The position numbers and the translations under genes are program-made. A stretch of 64,000 nucleotides of DNA from positions 70 to 64,069 of the forward strand of contig DATHVS010000037.1 of assembly GCA_035461195.1 (NCBI GenBank). Reading direction: 5' to 3'. Source of the stretch: Nocardioidaceae bacterium. Its GTDB lineage: Bacteria; Actinomycetota; Actinomycetes; Propionibacteriales; Nocardioidaceae. Below are positions 9,828 through 18,796 of the stretch, in pieces. The stretch's first letter is position 1. Every line of letters begins with the position of its first letter. The notes beneath the pieces are model-generated. The model made no database searches. It saw only the letters and a list, made by a program, of their open reading frames with translations, and was not told the origin of the DNA.

Positions 9828-11123
9828 GTGGACTGGCTTCTCGACACGCGACACGACGACGCGACGAAGGCTGCCGTGCAGGCGGTGGGCGAGCACCTGC
9901 TGCGGCACGCCACGGACGAGTCGCGGGTCCCCGCTGCCGTCGCGGCGGTCGACAGCGCCCTCCGCTCCGCCGAGGGAGACTTGCTCTGGCTGCATCTCGA
10001 CTGGAGCCGCGTTCACCCGACCCTGCACCAGCGCCCCGTCGGTCCTGACGCCGCCCCGTCCCCCGATGACGGATTCGGGGCGATCCACGCCTCCGAACGC
10101 ACCACCTTGACCACGGCCGCCACGGGCGAGCCGACCTCAATCGACCTCACGGTCCCCAGGGAGGTCGTCATGAACTTCGACCCCGATGTAGCCGTCCTCG
10201 TAGATCTCGACCCCATCGGCGACGGAGCGTCGGCCGCCACAGTCGCCCTCGCCGCCGCTGCGGAGTCGCACCCGGTGGCCTCGCCCGACCAGGTGGCCGC
10301 GGCGGCCGGCGCGATGCTCGCGGACGCCACCCTCCGCGAGGAAGCCCATCTGAAGGATGCGGACGCGGCGATCGGCCACTTCGGACGCGTGCACGAGGCG
10401 CTCGGCGGCTCCTACCAGCGCGTCCACCTCGACGACCACGGTTTCGAGCTGCTCGTCGACAGGAGCCCTTTCGGCGCCGCCGTCTGCCAGATCCCCTCGC
10501 TCGCCCGCCTCACCGAGGCCATCGTCGGCCGGCTGGCGGCGCGCGTGCACGGCAAGGCCACGGTCGTCCACGACGAGAGCATCGCCCTCGGCGACCCCGC
10601 TGACCGGCTCCAGGTCCTCTTCGGCGACGTCGAGGACGAGGTCTGCGGCAGCACCTACCAGTGGCCGCCGGCGGGCACCCGCGAGTCGTCGGAGCCCTCC
10701 CCGCGCCTGGAGATGACGGTCTCCCTGCCGCGGCAGAGCCACAGCGTGCCGGTCATCCGGCGGCTGGCCGCCCAGATCCTGAGGGCCTTCGGCGTCTCGG
10801 GCGACAGCATCCACGACGTAGAGCTCGCGATATCCGAGGCGTGCGCCAACGTCATCCAGCACGCCATCGACAGCGAGGGCTACGAGGTGAGCATCGAGCT
10901 CGCCGCCGACCGGTGCGCGATCACGGTGCTCGACCGCGGCGATGGGTTCGACGCGACCCAGGTCCGGGACCAGGCGGACATCGACGCGGAGAGCGGGCGC
11001 GGGCTCAGCCTGATGCGCGCGCTCGTCGACAACCTCAACTTCGTCAGCGAACCCAAGGTCGGTGCGGTCGTGCACATGGTCAAGCAGCTCCACTACGACG
11101 ACAGCCACCCGTTCAGGAGGTGA
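9828..11123 (+). CDS. Composite signalling protein: MetOD1-like domain plus C-terminal RsbW-like (HATPase_c_2) kinase/anti-sigma domain
   Basis: C-terminal ELAISEACANVIQHA, DRGDGF, ESGRGLSLM; central SPFG..PSL..G.LAA..G.A.V..ESIA.GDP resembles MetOD1 (recalled); GAAAGG RBS 9 nt before GTG 9828. Confidence 0.7.
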   Translation: MDWLLDTRHDDATKAAVQAVGEHLLRHATDESRVPAAVAAVDSALRSAEGDLLWLHLDWSRVHPTLHQRPVGPDAAPSPDDGFGAIHASERTTLTTAATGEPTSIDLTVPREVVMNFDPDVAVLVDLDPIGDGASAATVALAAAAESHPVASPDQVAAAAGAMLADATLREEAHLKDADAAIGHFGRVHEALGGSYQRVHLDDHGFELLVDRSPFGAAVCQIPSLARLTEAIVGRLAARVHGKATVVHDESIALGDPADRLQVLFGDVEDEVCGSTYQWPPAGTRESSEPSPRLEMTVSLPRQSHSVPVIRRLAAQILRAFGVSGDSIHDVELAISEACANVIQHAIDSEGYEVSIELAADRCAITVLDRGDGFDATQVRDQADIDAESGRGLSLMRALVDNLNFVSEPKVGAVVHMVKQLHYDDSHPFRR

Positions 11124-11448
11124 GTGCCCCGCTGAGGGCGCCTCGCCCGGCGAGGTCCTCGGCGAGGAACTCCCGGAGCAGGTCCACGGCCTGGACGATC
11201 TTCTGGCTGCGGAGCGAGTAGAAGACGTTGCTGCCCGAACGGCGCGCGGAGACGATCCCACGCTCGCGGAGGACGGCGAGGTGCTGGCTGGCGTTGGACT
11301 GGGTGAAGCCGAGGGCGTCGCAGATGTCGCCGACGCTGAGCTCCCGGTCGCGCAGCTCGTTGATGATCAGCAGTCGTTTCGGGTCGGCGATCGCCTTGCA
11401 CACCCGGGCGTGGAGCTCCTGCAGCTGTGCAGCCACGTCCTGATCCAT
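11113..11448 (-). CDS. ArsR/SmtB family transcriptional regulator
   Basis: KAIADPKRLLII, SVGDI, QSNASQHLAVLRERGIV, RSGSNVFYSL. Confidence 0.92.
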   Translation of the reverse strand: MDQDVAAQLQELHARVCKAIADPKRLLIINELRDRELSVGDICDALGFTQSNASQHLAVLRERGIVSARRSGSNVFYSLRSQKIVQAVDLLREFLAEDLAGRGALSGALTS

Positions 11449-11477
11449 GCGTCCTCCCCTCGCCTCAGCAAGGCAAC

Positions 11478-11492
11478 AGTGTAGTTCCGGAC
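11478..11492 (-). promoter_or_regulatory. Putative -10 (TACACT) with GTCCGGAAC motif upstream of ArsR gene
   Basis: Minus strand GTCCGGAAC-TACACT; near copy at 13457-13472. Confidence 0.4.
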
Positions 11493-11518
11493 CGGCGGGA
11501 TGCGACCCACCGGCTGTT

Positions 11519-11878
11519 TCAGGTCTCGACCACCACCACGAAGACGAGGGCTGAGGCCGAGAGCAGCACGAGGCCGCCGGTGAGGAGCCTGGTCAGACCG
11601 TGCGCCAGAGGTGAGCGTCCTTCCTCGACCCGGCGCACTGCCGTCACGTAGCGCCGCTCACCCATCACGAGCAGCGCCAGGGCCAGGCCGAGCCCGCCCA
11701 GCCCGGGCGCGGCAACCACCAGGTCGCTGTCGGCGAGGTGGACGAGCAGGGCCGAGAACGCCGCGAGCGCGAGTGCGGTGCGCTGCCAGGCCATCGCGGT
11801 GCGCTCCGCGGCCAGCCCCACGTCGAGGGACGGCTCGGAACGCCGGCGATGACCCAGCACCCTGGTCAGCACGCTCAC
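11519..11878 (-). CDS. DUF202 (YidH-like) membrane protein
   Basis: GLAAERTAMAWQRTAL motif, 3 hydrophobic helices. Confidence 0.85.
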   Translation of the reverse strand: MSVLTRVLGHRRRSEPSLDVGLAAERTAMAWQRTALALAAFSALLVHLADSDLVVAAPGLGGLGLALALLVMGERRYVTAVRRVEEGRSPLAHGLTRLLTGGLVLLSASALVFVVVVET

Positions 11879-11886
11879 GGGGCGAC

Positions 11887-12264
11887 TTACCCCTGCACCA
11901 GGTCGTAGGCGACGAGGCCGAGGGCGGCGAAGGCGGCCAGCGCGAGCGCGGCCGCGACCAGCCTCGGCACCGGGGAGTGCGGGAGCCGCTCCCCGAGCCG
12001 CATGGCCCGCTCGTTGCGCTCCCAGTGCGCGTAGGCCACCGTTGCCACGACGCCGCCGAGCCCGACCAGCACGAAGCCCAGCAGGTGCCTCACCACCGAG
12101 AGCCCCGGCACGAACTGCACCACCGCGACGCCCGCGGCCATCAGTGCCAGGGCGGTGCGGACCCAGGCCAGGAAGGTACGTTCGTTGGCCAGGGTGAAGC
12201 GGTAGTCCGGGGTCTCACCCACCTCGTGCAGCGGGGTCCGCCCCGACCTGCGGGCTGTCGCCAT
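11887..12264 (-). CDS. DUF202 (YidH-like) membrane protein
   Basis: PDYRFTLANERTFLAWVRTAL motif. Confidence 0.9.
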   Translation of the reverse strand: MATARRSGRTPLHEVGETPDYRFTLANERTFLAWVRTALALMAAGVAVVQFVPGLSVVRHLLGFVLVGLGGVVATVAYAHWERNERAMRLGERLPHSPVPRLVAAALALAAFAALGLVAYDLVQG

Positions 12265-12268
12265 CTGC

Positions 12269-13408
12269 TCAGACCATCGACGTCGACGCGGCGCACTGGT
12301 TCTTGCCCACGTCGAGCACGTCGATCTCGTCCTCCGGCGGGGTGAGCTGGCCGGCGTTCACCTGACGGATCGTGTCGTAGAAGTCGGGGGCCGCAGGCAG
12401 CGAGGTGACGATCTCCTCGACGAACTTCTCCATCGCCTTCTCGTTGAGCAGGGTGGCAGTGAAGACGTCCTCGAGCGTGGTGACGACCAGCCCCTCGTCG
12501 TTGACCTCCTCGGGGATCGTCCAGTGCGCCGGGGCGATGATCGTCTGGGGGTCGAGGGGGCGAAGGCGCTCGTGGCAGCTGTGGAAGAGGTCCCGAGCCA
12601 GCTCCTCGGCCTGGCCGGTGAGGTCGGGGCGGCCCAGGCCGCGGACGAACACGGTGTCGCCGACGAGGAGCACCTTCTCGGCGACCAGCAGCGCGATGGT
12701 GCCGGGCGTGTGGCCGGGCAGGTGCATGCTCATCACCCGAACCTCGGCGGAGCCGAGGTCGAGGACGTCGCCGTCCTTGAGGGGGACGTTCGGGAACGGC
12801 ACGACCCCGCCGGCGTCCTCCGGGGGCAGGTGGTAGTCGACGCCGAGCTCCCGCGCCAGGGCGGGTCCGCCGCTGATGTGGTCGGCGTGGACGTGGGTGT
12901 CGACGACGTGGGTCACGGTCATGCCGTGCTCCTTGGCCGTGTCGAGGTAGGGCTGCGGGTCGCGGGTGGGGTCGACGATGACGCAGCTCTGGCCGGGGAC
13001 GCCGACGAGGTAGGACAGGCACGCCTTGGCCGGGCGCTGGAACTGCCACACACGTACCTCGCCCGGGAGGCCGGTGATCTCGAAGGGCACGAGCAGGCGG
13101 TTCCACGCATCGGTCCCTCCTTCGAGGGACCGGGTGTGCTTGCCGAGCTCGGCGAACTCCTCGGCGACGAGGGCCGACCCGTTGCCCTGGCCGCAGATCA
13201 CGACGGCCCCCTCCTTGGCCCGCTCGGCCTCGTCCTCGAGCTCCTCCATCACTCGGTAGACCGGCACGTTACGCGTCGGCACGGGTCGGCGGCCCTCGAC
13301 CGGGGCGGCCTCGAACTCGTCGACGTTGCGCACGTCGAGGATCTCGCTGACCCGGCCTTCGGCGATCTCCTGGAACAGCTCGAGCGGGGTGATGGTCATC
13401 TCGGCCAC
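12269..13408 (-). CDS. Rhodanese-persulfide dioxygenase fusion (YrkH/CstB-like MBL-fold)
   Basis: N-terminal LDVR...VICGQGNGS rhodanese; DTHVHADHISG, PGHTPG, GDTVF, C-terminal GKNQCA. Confidence 0.88.
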   Translation of the reverse strand: MAEMTITPLELFQEIAEGRVSEILDVRNVDEFEAAPVEGRRPVPTRNVPVYRVMEELEDEAERAKEGAVVICGQGNGSALVAEEFAELGKHTRSLEGGTDAWNRLLVPFEITGLPGEVRVWQFQRPAKACLSYLVGVPGQSCVIVDPTRDPQPYLDTAKEHGMTVTHVVDTHVHADHISGGPALARELGVDYHLPPEDAGGVVPFPNVPLKDGDVLDLGSAEVRVMSMHLPGHTPGTIALLVAEKVLLVGDTVFVRGLGRPDLTGQAEELARDLFHSCHERLRPLDPQTIIAPAHWTIPEEVNDEGLVVTTLEDVFTATLLNEKAMEKFVEEIVTSLPAAPDFYDTIRQVNAGQLTPPEDEIDVLDVGKNQCAASTSMV

Positions 13409-13456
13409 GGGTGGTCTCCCTGGGGAAAATTGGGTCTTGTTATATGCGCAAGCACG

Positions 13457-13477
13457 AATGTAGTGTCCGGACTCACA
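13457..13477. promoter_or_regulatory. Divergent promoter element: minus-strand -10 TACATT overlapping a CRP/FNR-like site AGTGT-CCGGAC-TCACA
   Basis: One perfect TCACA half-site with N6 spacing (13462-13477); GTCCGGAC motif shared with 11484-11492. Confidence 0.4.
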
Positions 13478-13518
13478 CTTGGCAACGCCTTCTTCTCGAG
13501 GAAAGGGAACGCGCAGCG

Positions 13519-14019
13519 ATGGCTGACAGCACGTCCGAGGACGTACCCGAGAGCATGACGATCGTCGCCTGGAGCGGTGACCTGGACAAGATGTGGCCGA
13601 CCCTGATCCTGGGCTCGACCGGTGCCGCCTACGGCATGCAGACCACCATCTTCTTCACCTTCTGGGGGCTCTACCCCCTCGTCCGCGACGACGTCCGGAT
13701 CACCGGCGACAACGCGATGACCAAGGCCCTGGCCGGGATGAACCGGCCCGGCATGAGCCACATGAAGCTCTCGAAGCTCAACATGGCCGGGGCCGGGGCG
13801 TGGATGATGAGGAAGCTGGCCAAGGACCACAAGGTGGCCAGCCCGAAGGAGCTGGTCGAGATGTGTACCGAGCTCGGGGTCAACCTCTGGCCCTGCGAGA
13901 TGACCATGGACCTCATGGGCCTTCGCCAGGACCAGCTCATCGAAGGGGTCGGTGAGCCGGTCGGCGCCGCGACGGCGCTCTCGGAGATGAGCAAGTCGCA
14001 GATCAACCTCTTCATCTGA
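13519..14019 (+). CDS. DsrE/DsrF-like sulfur relay protein (YrkE/DsrE2 type)
   Basis: IVAWSGDLDK, TIFFTFWGL, WPCEMTMDLMG, VGAAT. Confidence 0.9.
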   Translation: MADSTSEDVPESMTIVAWSGDLDKMWPTLILGSTGAAYGMQTTIFFTFWGLYPLVRDDVRITGDNAMTKALAGMNRPGMSHMKLSKLNMAGAGAWMMRKLAKDHKVASPKELVEMCTELGVNLWPCEMTMDLMGLRQDQLIEGVGEPVGAATALSEMSKSQINLFI

Positions 14020-14084
14020 CCCGCCACGACGGCCACGGCCGTCGTACCTCTCACCCACGAAACCGGCGAAGGAGCCACCCCGTC

Positions 14085-14318
14085 ATGGAGTACACCATCG
14101 ACCTCGTCATCGACGCCAAGGGCCAGAAGTGCCCCATGCCCGTGCTGCTGACCTCCCGCGGCATCAAGAAGATCGAGTCCGGGCAGGTCATGGTCGTCGA
14201 GGCGACCGACAGCGGTTCGAAGAGCGACATCCCCTCCTGGGCCAAGGACACGGGCAACGAGCTGATCGAGCAGAGCTCCGAGGACGGCGTCTACCGCTAC
14301 GTCATCCGGAAGAAGTAG
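14085..14318 (+). CDS. tusA: TusA-family sulfurtransferase
   Basis: IDAKGQKCPMP, ATDSGS..DIPSW. Confidence 0.9.
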   Translation: MEYTIDLVIDAKGQKCPMPVLLTSRGIKKIESGQVMVVEATDSGSKSDIPSWAKDTGNELIEQSSEDGVYRYVIRKK

Positions 14319-14323
14319 TCCCG

Positions 14324-15853
14324 GTGCAGTACGGATTCGCGATCGACCAACGCACCTGCATCGGCTGTCACGCCTGCACGGTCGCTTGCAAGACCGAGAA
14401 CGACGTGCCCCTGGGGCAGTTCCGCACCTGGGTGAAGTACGTCGACAGCGGCGAGTTCCCCGACACGACCCGCTCCTTCGGCGTGATGCGGTGCAACCAC
14501 TGCACCGACGCACCGTGCGTCAAGATCTGCCCGACCCAGGCGCTGTTCAAGCGTGAGGACGGCATCGTCGACTTCGACAGCGACCGGTGCATCGGCTGCA
14601 AGAGCTGCATGCAGGCCTGCCCGTACGACGCGATCTACATCGACGCGCAGTCCAACACCGCCGCCAAGTGCAACCTGTGCGCGCACCGGGTCGACAACGA
14701 CCTGGAGCCGGCCTGCGTGGTGGTCTGCCCGACCCACTCCATCTGGGTGGGCGACCTCGACGACGCGACGAGCGGTATCGCGAAGCTGGTGCGCACCGAG
14801 GAGACCCAGGTCCGCACCCCCGAGCAGAACACCGGCCCCAACGTCTTCTACCTCGGCGCCGACCAGGCGGTGCTCGACCCGCTGGCGGCGCCGGTGGACG
14901 ACACCTACATCTGGGCCAAGCCGGACCCACACCGGCTCGAGACCGCCGGCGACCTGCCCGGCAGCCCGCGGACGAAGGCCCGCACCACGCTGAACACCGC
15001 GCACCCTCGGCCGTGGGGCTGGAAGGTCGTCACCTACCTGTGGACCAAGGGCATCGGCGCCGGTGCCCTGGCGGTCGCAGCTCTGGCGGTCATCCTCGGC
15101 ATCGACCTCGGGGTCCTGGGTGACTACGTCGCCCCGGCCCTGGCGATCTTCGGGGCGGCGACGACCGGGGCGCTGCTGGTGCTGGACCTGAAGCGCCCCG
15201 AGCGGTTCCTGTACCTGTTCCTGAAGTCGAACTTCTCTTCGTGGCTGGTGCTCGGGGGATACGTCCTGACGCTGTTCACAGGCGGGTCGATCCTCTGGAT
15301 CCTGGCTGCGGCACTGGACATCGGCTGGGCGATGACGACGTTGGCGTGGCTGGCGGTCCCCTTCTCGGCGCTCATGGCCGGTTACACCGCGTTCCTGTTC
15401 GGCCAGGCCGAGGGCCGCGACCTGTGGCAGTCGCCGGTGCTCTTCTGGCACCTGCAGGCGCAGGCCGTGATGGTCGGTGCGGGCATCCTGGCGGTCGCTG
15501 GTCTGTTCCTGGACCTCTCGGACGCCGCGTGGACGCTGGTCATCGCCTCGTTCGTGATCGCCACGATGGCGCACCTGGTGATCCTCCTCATCGAGTACGC
15601 CGGCAAGCACAGCAGCCGGCAGGCCGCGACCGCGGCGCACGTGATCACGAGTGGCCGCTACGCCAAGACGTTCTGGATGGGCAGCGTGGTCCCGACCGTG
15701 CTGGCCGCCGCCGTCGGGGTGGTGGCGTGGCTGATGGGTGTCGACAGCACCTCGATGGTGCTGGTGGCGATCGCCGGCCTCGTCGTCCAGCCGGCGCTGC
15801 TGGCCTACGAGAGCGTCTTCGTCCGCGCGGGCCAGGACATGCCGCTGTCATGA
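14324..15853 (+). CDS. Fused 4x[4Fe-4S] ferredoxin and NrfD/PsrC-type membrane anchor (PsrB-PsrC-like)
   Basis: CIGCHACTVAC, CNHCTDAPCVKIC, CIGCKSCMQAC, CNLC..CVVVC, then WGWKVVTYLW, DLKRPERF and ~8 TM helices; GTG start 14324. Confidence 0.9.
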   Translation: MQYGFAIDQRTCIGCHACTVACKTENDVPLGQFRTWVKYVDSGEFPDTTRSFGVMRCNHCTDAPCVKICPTQALFKREDGIVDFDSDRCIGCKSCMQACPYDAIYIDAQSNTAAKCNLCAHRVDNDLEPACVVVCPTHSIWVGDLDDATSGIAKLVRTEETQVRTPEQNTGPNVFYLGADQAVLDPLAAPVDDTYIWAKPDPHRLETAGDLPGSPRTKARTTLNTAHPRPWGWKVVTYLWTKGIGAGALAVAALAVILGIDLGVLGDYVAPALAIFGAATTGALLVLDLKRPERFLYLFLKSNFSSWLVLGGYVLTLFTGGSILWILAAALDIGWAMTTLAWLAVPFSALMAGYTAFLFGQAEGRDLWQSPVLFWHLQAQAVMVGAGILAVAGLFLDLSDAAWTLVIASFVIATMAHLVILLIEYAGKHSSRQAATAAHVITSGRYAKTFWMGSVVPTVLAAAVGVVAWLMGVDSTSMVLVAIAGLVVQPALLAYESVFVRAGQDMPLS

Positions 15854-15919
15854 CCCTCCCGACGGCGACACCGCGATGGCCAGGCCGCACACCCCTCAGA
15901 TCTTCTGGAAGGACTTGTC

Positions 15920-18796
15920 ATGACGGCTGAGACCGAGCGCGAGACGGCGCAGGTCCCGATGCCCGGGGCCCGCTCGCACGAGCGGCTGCGCAACTACCCG
16001 CCGCCGGAGGACTGGGACGCCCACGTGGAGTACGACTCCCGGTCCCACCCGAAGAAGGTGGCCCGCACCTACTCCCTGATCCCGACGATCTGCTTCAACT
16101 GCGAGTCCTCGTGCGGCCTCCTGGCGTACGTCGACCAGGACGACCTCTCGGTCAAGAAGTTCGAGGGCAACCCGGCGCACCCGGGCTCGCGCGGCCGCAA
16201 CTGTGCGAAGGGGCCCGCGACGATCAACCAGGTCCACGACCCCGAGCGGATCCTGTACCCGCGGAAGCGGGTCGGCGAGCGTGGCTCCGGCCAGTTCGAG
16301 CGGGTCTCGTGGGAGGAGGCGCTCACCGACATCGGGGGGCGCATCCGCCGGGCGATCGTCGAGGGCCGCAAGGACGAGGTGATGTACCACGTCGGCCGGC
16401 CCGGTGAGGACGGCTTTGTGGAGCGGGTGCTCCAGGCCTGGGGGGTCGACGGCCACAACAGCCACACCAACGTGTGCTCCTCGGGCGGTCGCACCGGCTA
16501 CACCCACTGGATGGGCTACGACCGGCCCTCGCCGGACTACGCCAACGCCAAGGCGATCCTGCTGCTGTCGTCCCACCTGGAGACCGGGCACTACTTCAAC
16601 CCGCACGCGCAGCGGATCATGGAGGCCAAGGCCAACGGCGCGAAGCTGGTCGCCATGGACCTGCGGCTGTCCAACACCGCGTCGCACGCGGACCTGTGGA
16701 TCGCGCCGTGGCCGGGCAGCGAGGCGGCGATCTTCTTGTCGGTGGCCTCCTACCTGCTGCGCACCCGCAAGATCGCCAAGGACTACCTCCGTCGCTGGGT
16801 GAACTGGGACGTCTACATGGAGCGTCTCCACCCCACCGACCCGCGCAACGACTTCGAGCTGTTTCTCGAGCGGCTGACCGAGGACTACGCGCAGTACACC
16901 TTCGAGTACGCCGCAGCCGAGGCGCACGTCCCGGTCGAGCAGGTCGAGGAGCTGGCCCGCATCGTCGCCGACGCCGGCACCCGGCTGGCCACGCACACGT
17001 GGCGCTCGGCCGCGGCGGGCAACCTCGGCGGCTGGCAGATCACGCGCAGCCTGTTCTTCCTCAACGTGCTCACCGGCAGCGTCGGGACCGTCGGCGGCAC
17101 CCACCCCAACGGCTGGGACAAGTTCATCGCGCACTTCCCGGAGATGCCCGAGGCCAACGAGGAGTGGAGCGAGTTCCTGTGGCCACAGGAGTACCCGCTG
17201 ACCACCAACGAGATGTCGATCCTGCTGCCGCACCTGCTCAAGGACGGTCGTGGCAGCGGGCACCTCGAGGTGTACTTCAGTCGCGTCTACAACCCGCTGT
17301 GGGTCAACCCCGACGGGTTCACCTGGATCGACGTGCTGAAGGACGAGTCCAAGATCGGTCTGCACGTGGCGCTCACGCCGACCTGGAGCGAGTCGGCCAC
17401 CTTCGCCGACTACGTCCTGCCGATGGGCCACGCCTCGGAGCGCCACGACACGATGTCGTTCGAGACCCACGCCTCGAAGTGGATCGCCTTCCGCCAGCCG
17501 GTGGGCCGGGTGGCCATGGAGAAGCGCGGCATGCCCTACCAGGACACCCGGGACGGCAACCCCGGCGAGGTCTGGGAGGAGAACGAGTTCTGGTTCGACC
17601 TGTCCTGGAAGATCGACCCGGACGGCTCCCTCGGGATCCGGAGGTACTTCGAGTCCAAGGAGCGTCCGGGCGAAAAGATGACCCAGGACGAGTACTACGA
17701 CATCCTCTTCGCCAACAGCGTCCCGGGCCTCCCCGAGGCGGCCGAGGCGCAGGGCATGACGCCACTGCAGTACATGCGCAAGTACGGCGTGTTCGAGGTC
17801 GCCAAGGAGGTCTACCGGCTCGACGAGCGCCCCCTGACCGAGGCCGAGCTCGCGGGGGCCGAGCCCGACGAGAGAGGCGTGCTCCGCAAACCGGTGACCC
17901 TGGAGTCCCAGCCGCCGCTGGTCGGTGAGGCCGGCGCCGTGGGCCTCGTCCAGGAAGACGGCTCGAAGGTGCAGGGCTGGCTCTCCCCGTCGCGCAAGCT
18001 CGAGCTGTACTCCACGACGCTGGCCGACTGGGGCTGGCCTGAGTACGCCACGCCGGGCTACATCGAGTCCCACGTCTCCGCGAAGCGGATCGACCGCAGC
18101 AGCTCGGAGTTCGTGCTCATGCCGAACTTCCGCCTGCCCACGCTCATCCACACCCGCTCGGGCAACGCGAAGTTCCTCAACGAGATCGCCAACACCCACC
18201 CGCTGTGGATGAACAAGGACGACGCCGCGCAGATGGGCGTCAAGACCGGGGACCTGGTCCGGCTGACCACCGAGATCGGCCACTTCGTCGCCCGCGTCTG
18301 GGCGACCGAGGCGATCCGTCCCGGCGTCACCGGCCTGTCGCACCACATGGGCCGCTGGATGCAGGAGGACCACCCCGGCAGCCGCTGGGTGATGGGCAAG
18401 GTCAAGCTCGACCGGTCCGACGACGGTATCTGGAAGCTCCGCTACACCGACGGCGTCAGGCCCTTCAAGAGCGAGGACCCCGACTCCGAGCGGATCTACT
18501 GGGACGACCCGGGGGTGCACCAGAACCTCGCCTTCCCGGTCCAGCCGGACCCGGTGTCGGGCATGCACTGCTGGCACCAGAAGGTGCGCATCGAAAGGGC
18601 TCGCGAGGGCGACAGGTACGGCGACGTCGAGGTCGACGTGAACAGGTCGCGTGAGGTCTACAAACGGTGGCTGGCGATGACCCGCCCCGGCCCCGGCCCC
18701 GACGGGCTGCGCCGGCCGGAGTTCATGATGCGGCACGTGACCCCGAAGCGGTCGGCGTACCGCGTCGCCACGGCCGGTGCCGGAGGGAACGCCTGA
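15920..18796 (+). CDS. Mo-bisPGD (DMSO reductase family) oxidoreductase catalytic subunit, Psr/Ttr/Soe-like, no Tat signal
   Basis: CFNCESSC..NCAKG Fe-S motif, HDPERILYP, HTNVC putative Cys ligand, ADYVLP, C-terminal binding domain; no RRxFL leader. Confidence 0.9.
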   Translation: MTAETERETAQVPMPGARSHERLRNYPPPEDWDAHVEYDSRSHPKKVARTYSLIPTICFNCESSCGLLAYVDQDDLSVKKFEGNPAHPGSRGRNCAKGPATINQVHDPERILYPRKRVGERGSGQFERVSWEEALTDIGGRIRRAIVEGRKDEVMYHVGRPGEDGFVERVLQAWGVDGHNSHTNVCSSGGRTGYTHWMGYDRPSPDYANAKAILLLSSHLETGHYFNPHAQRIMEAKANGAKLVAMDLRLSNTASHADLWIAPWPGSEAAIFLSVASYLLRTRKIAKDYLRRWVNWDVYMERLHPTDPRNDFELFLERLTEDYAQYTFEYAAAEAHVPVEQVEELARIVADAGTRLATHTWRSAAAGNLGGWQITRSLFFLNVLTGSVGTVGGTHPNGWDKFIAHFPEMPEANEEWSEFLWPQEYPLTTNEMSILLPHLLKDGRGSGHLEVYFSRVYNPLWVNPDGFTWIDVLKDESKIGLHVALTPTWSESATFADYVLPMGHASERHDTMSFETHASKWIAFRQPVGRVAMEKRGMPYQDTRDGNPGEVWEENEFWFDLSWKIDPDGSLGIRRYFESKERPGEKMTQDEYYDILFANSVPGLPEAAEAQGMTPLQYMRKYGVFEVAKEVYRLDERPLTEAELAGAEPDERGVLRKPVTLESQPPLVGEAGAVGLVQEDGSKVQGWLSPSRKLELYSTTLADWGWPEYATPGYIESHVSAKRIDRSSSEFVLMPNFRLPTLIHTRSGNAKFLNEIANTHPLWMNKDDAAQMGVKTGDLVRLTTEIGHFVARVWATEAIRPGVTGLSHHMGRWMQEDHPGSRWVMGKVKLDRSDDGIWKLRYTDGVRPFKSEDPDSERIYWDDPGVHQNLAFPVQPDPVSGMHCWHQKVRIERAREGDRYGDVEVDVNRSREVYKRWLAMTRPGPGPDGLRRPEFMMRHVTPKRSAYRVATAGAGGNA

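Noticed and set aside
9748-10110. Alternative ATG 9778 frame suggesting a frameshifted start for the RsbW-like gene
   Set aside because: In-frame GTG 9828 has a good RBS; the alternative frame is not protein-like
15876-15923. 15-aa ORF MARPHTPQIFWKDLS overlapping the Mo-enzyme start
   Set aside because: No clear RBS; short ORFs arise by chance; not a Tat leader in another frame
15920-18796. Selenocysteine or stop read-through in the Mo enzyme
   Set aside because: ORF is uninterrupted and the putative ligand is Cys (TGC)
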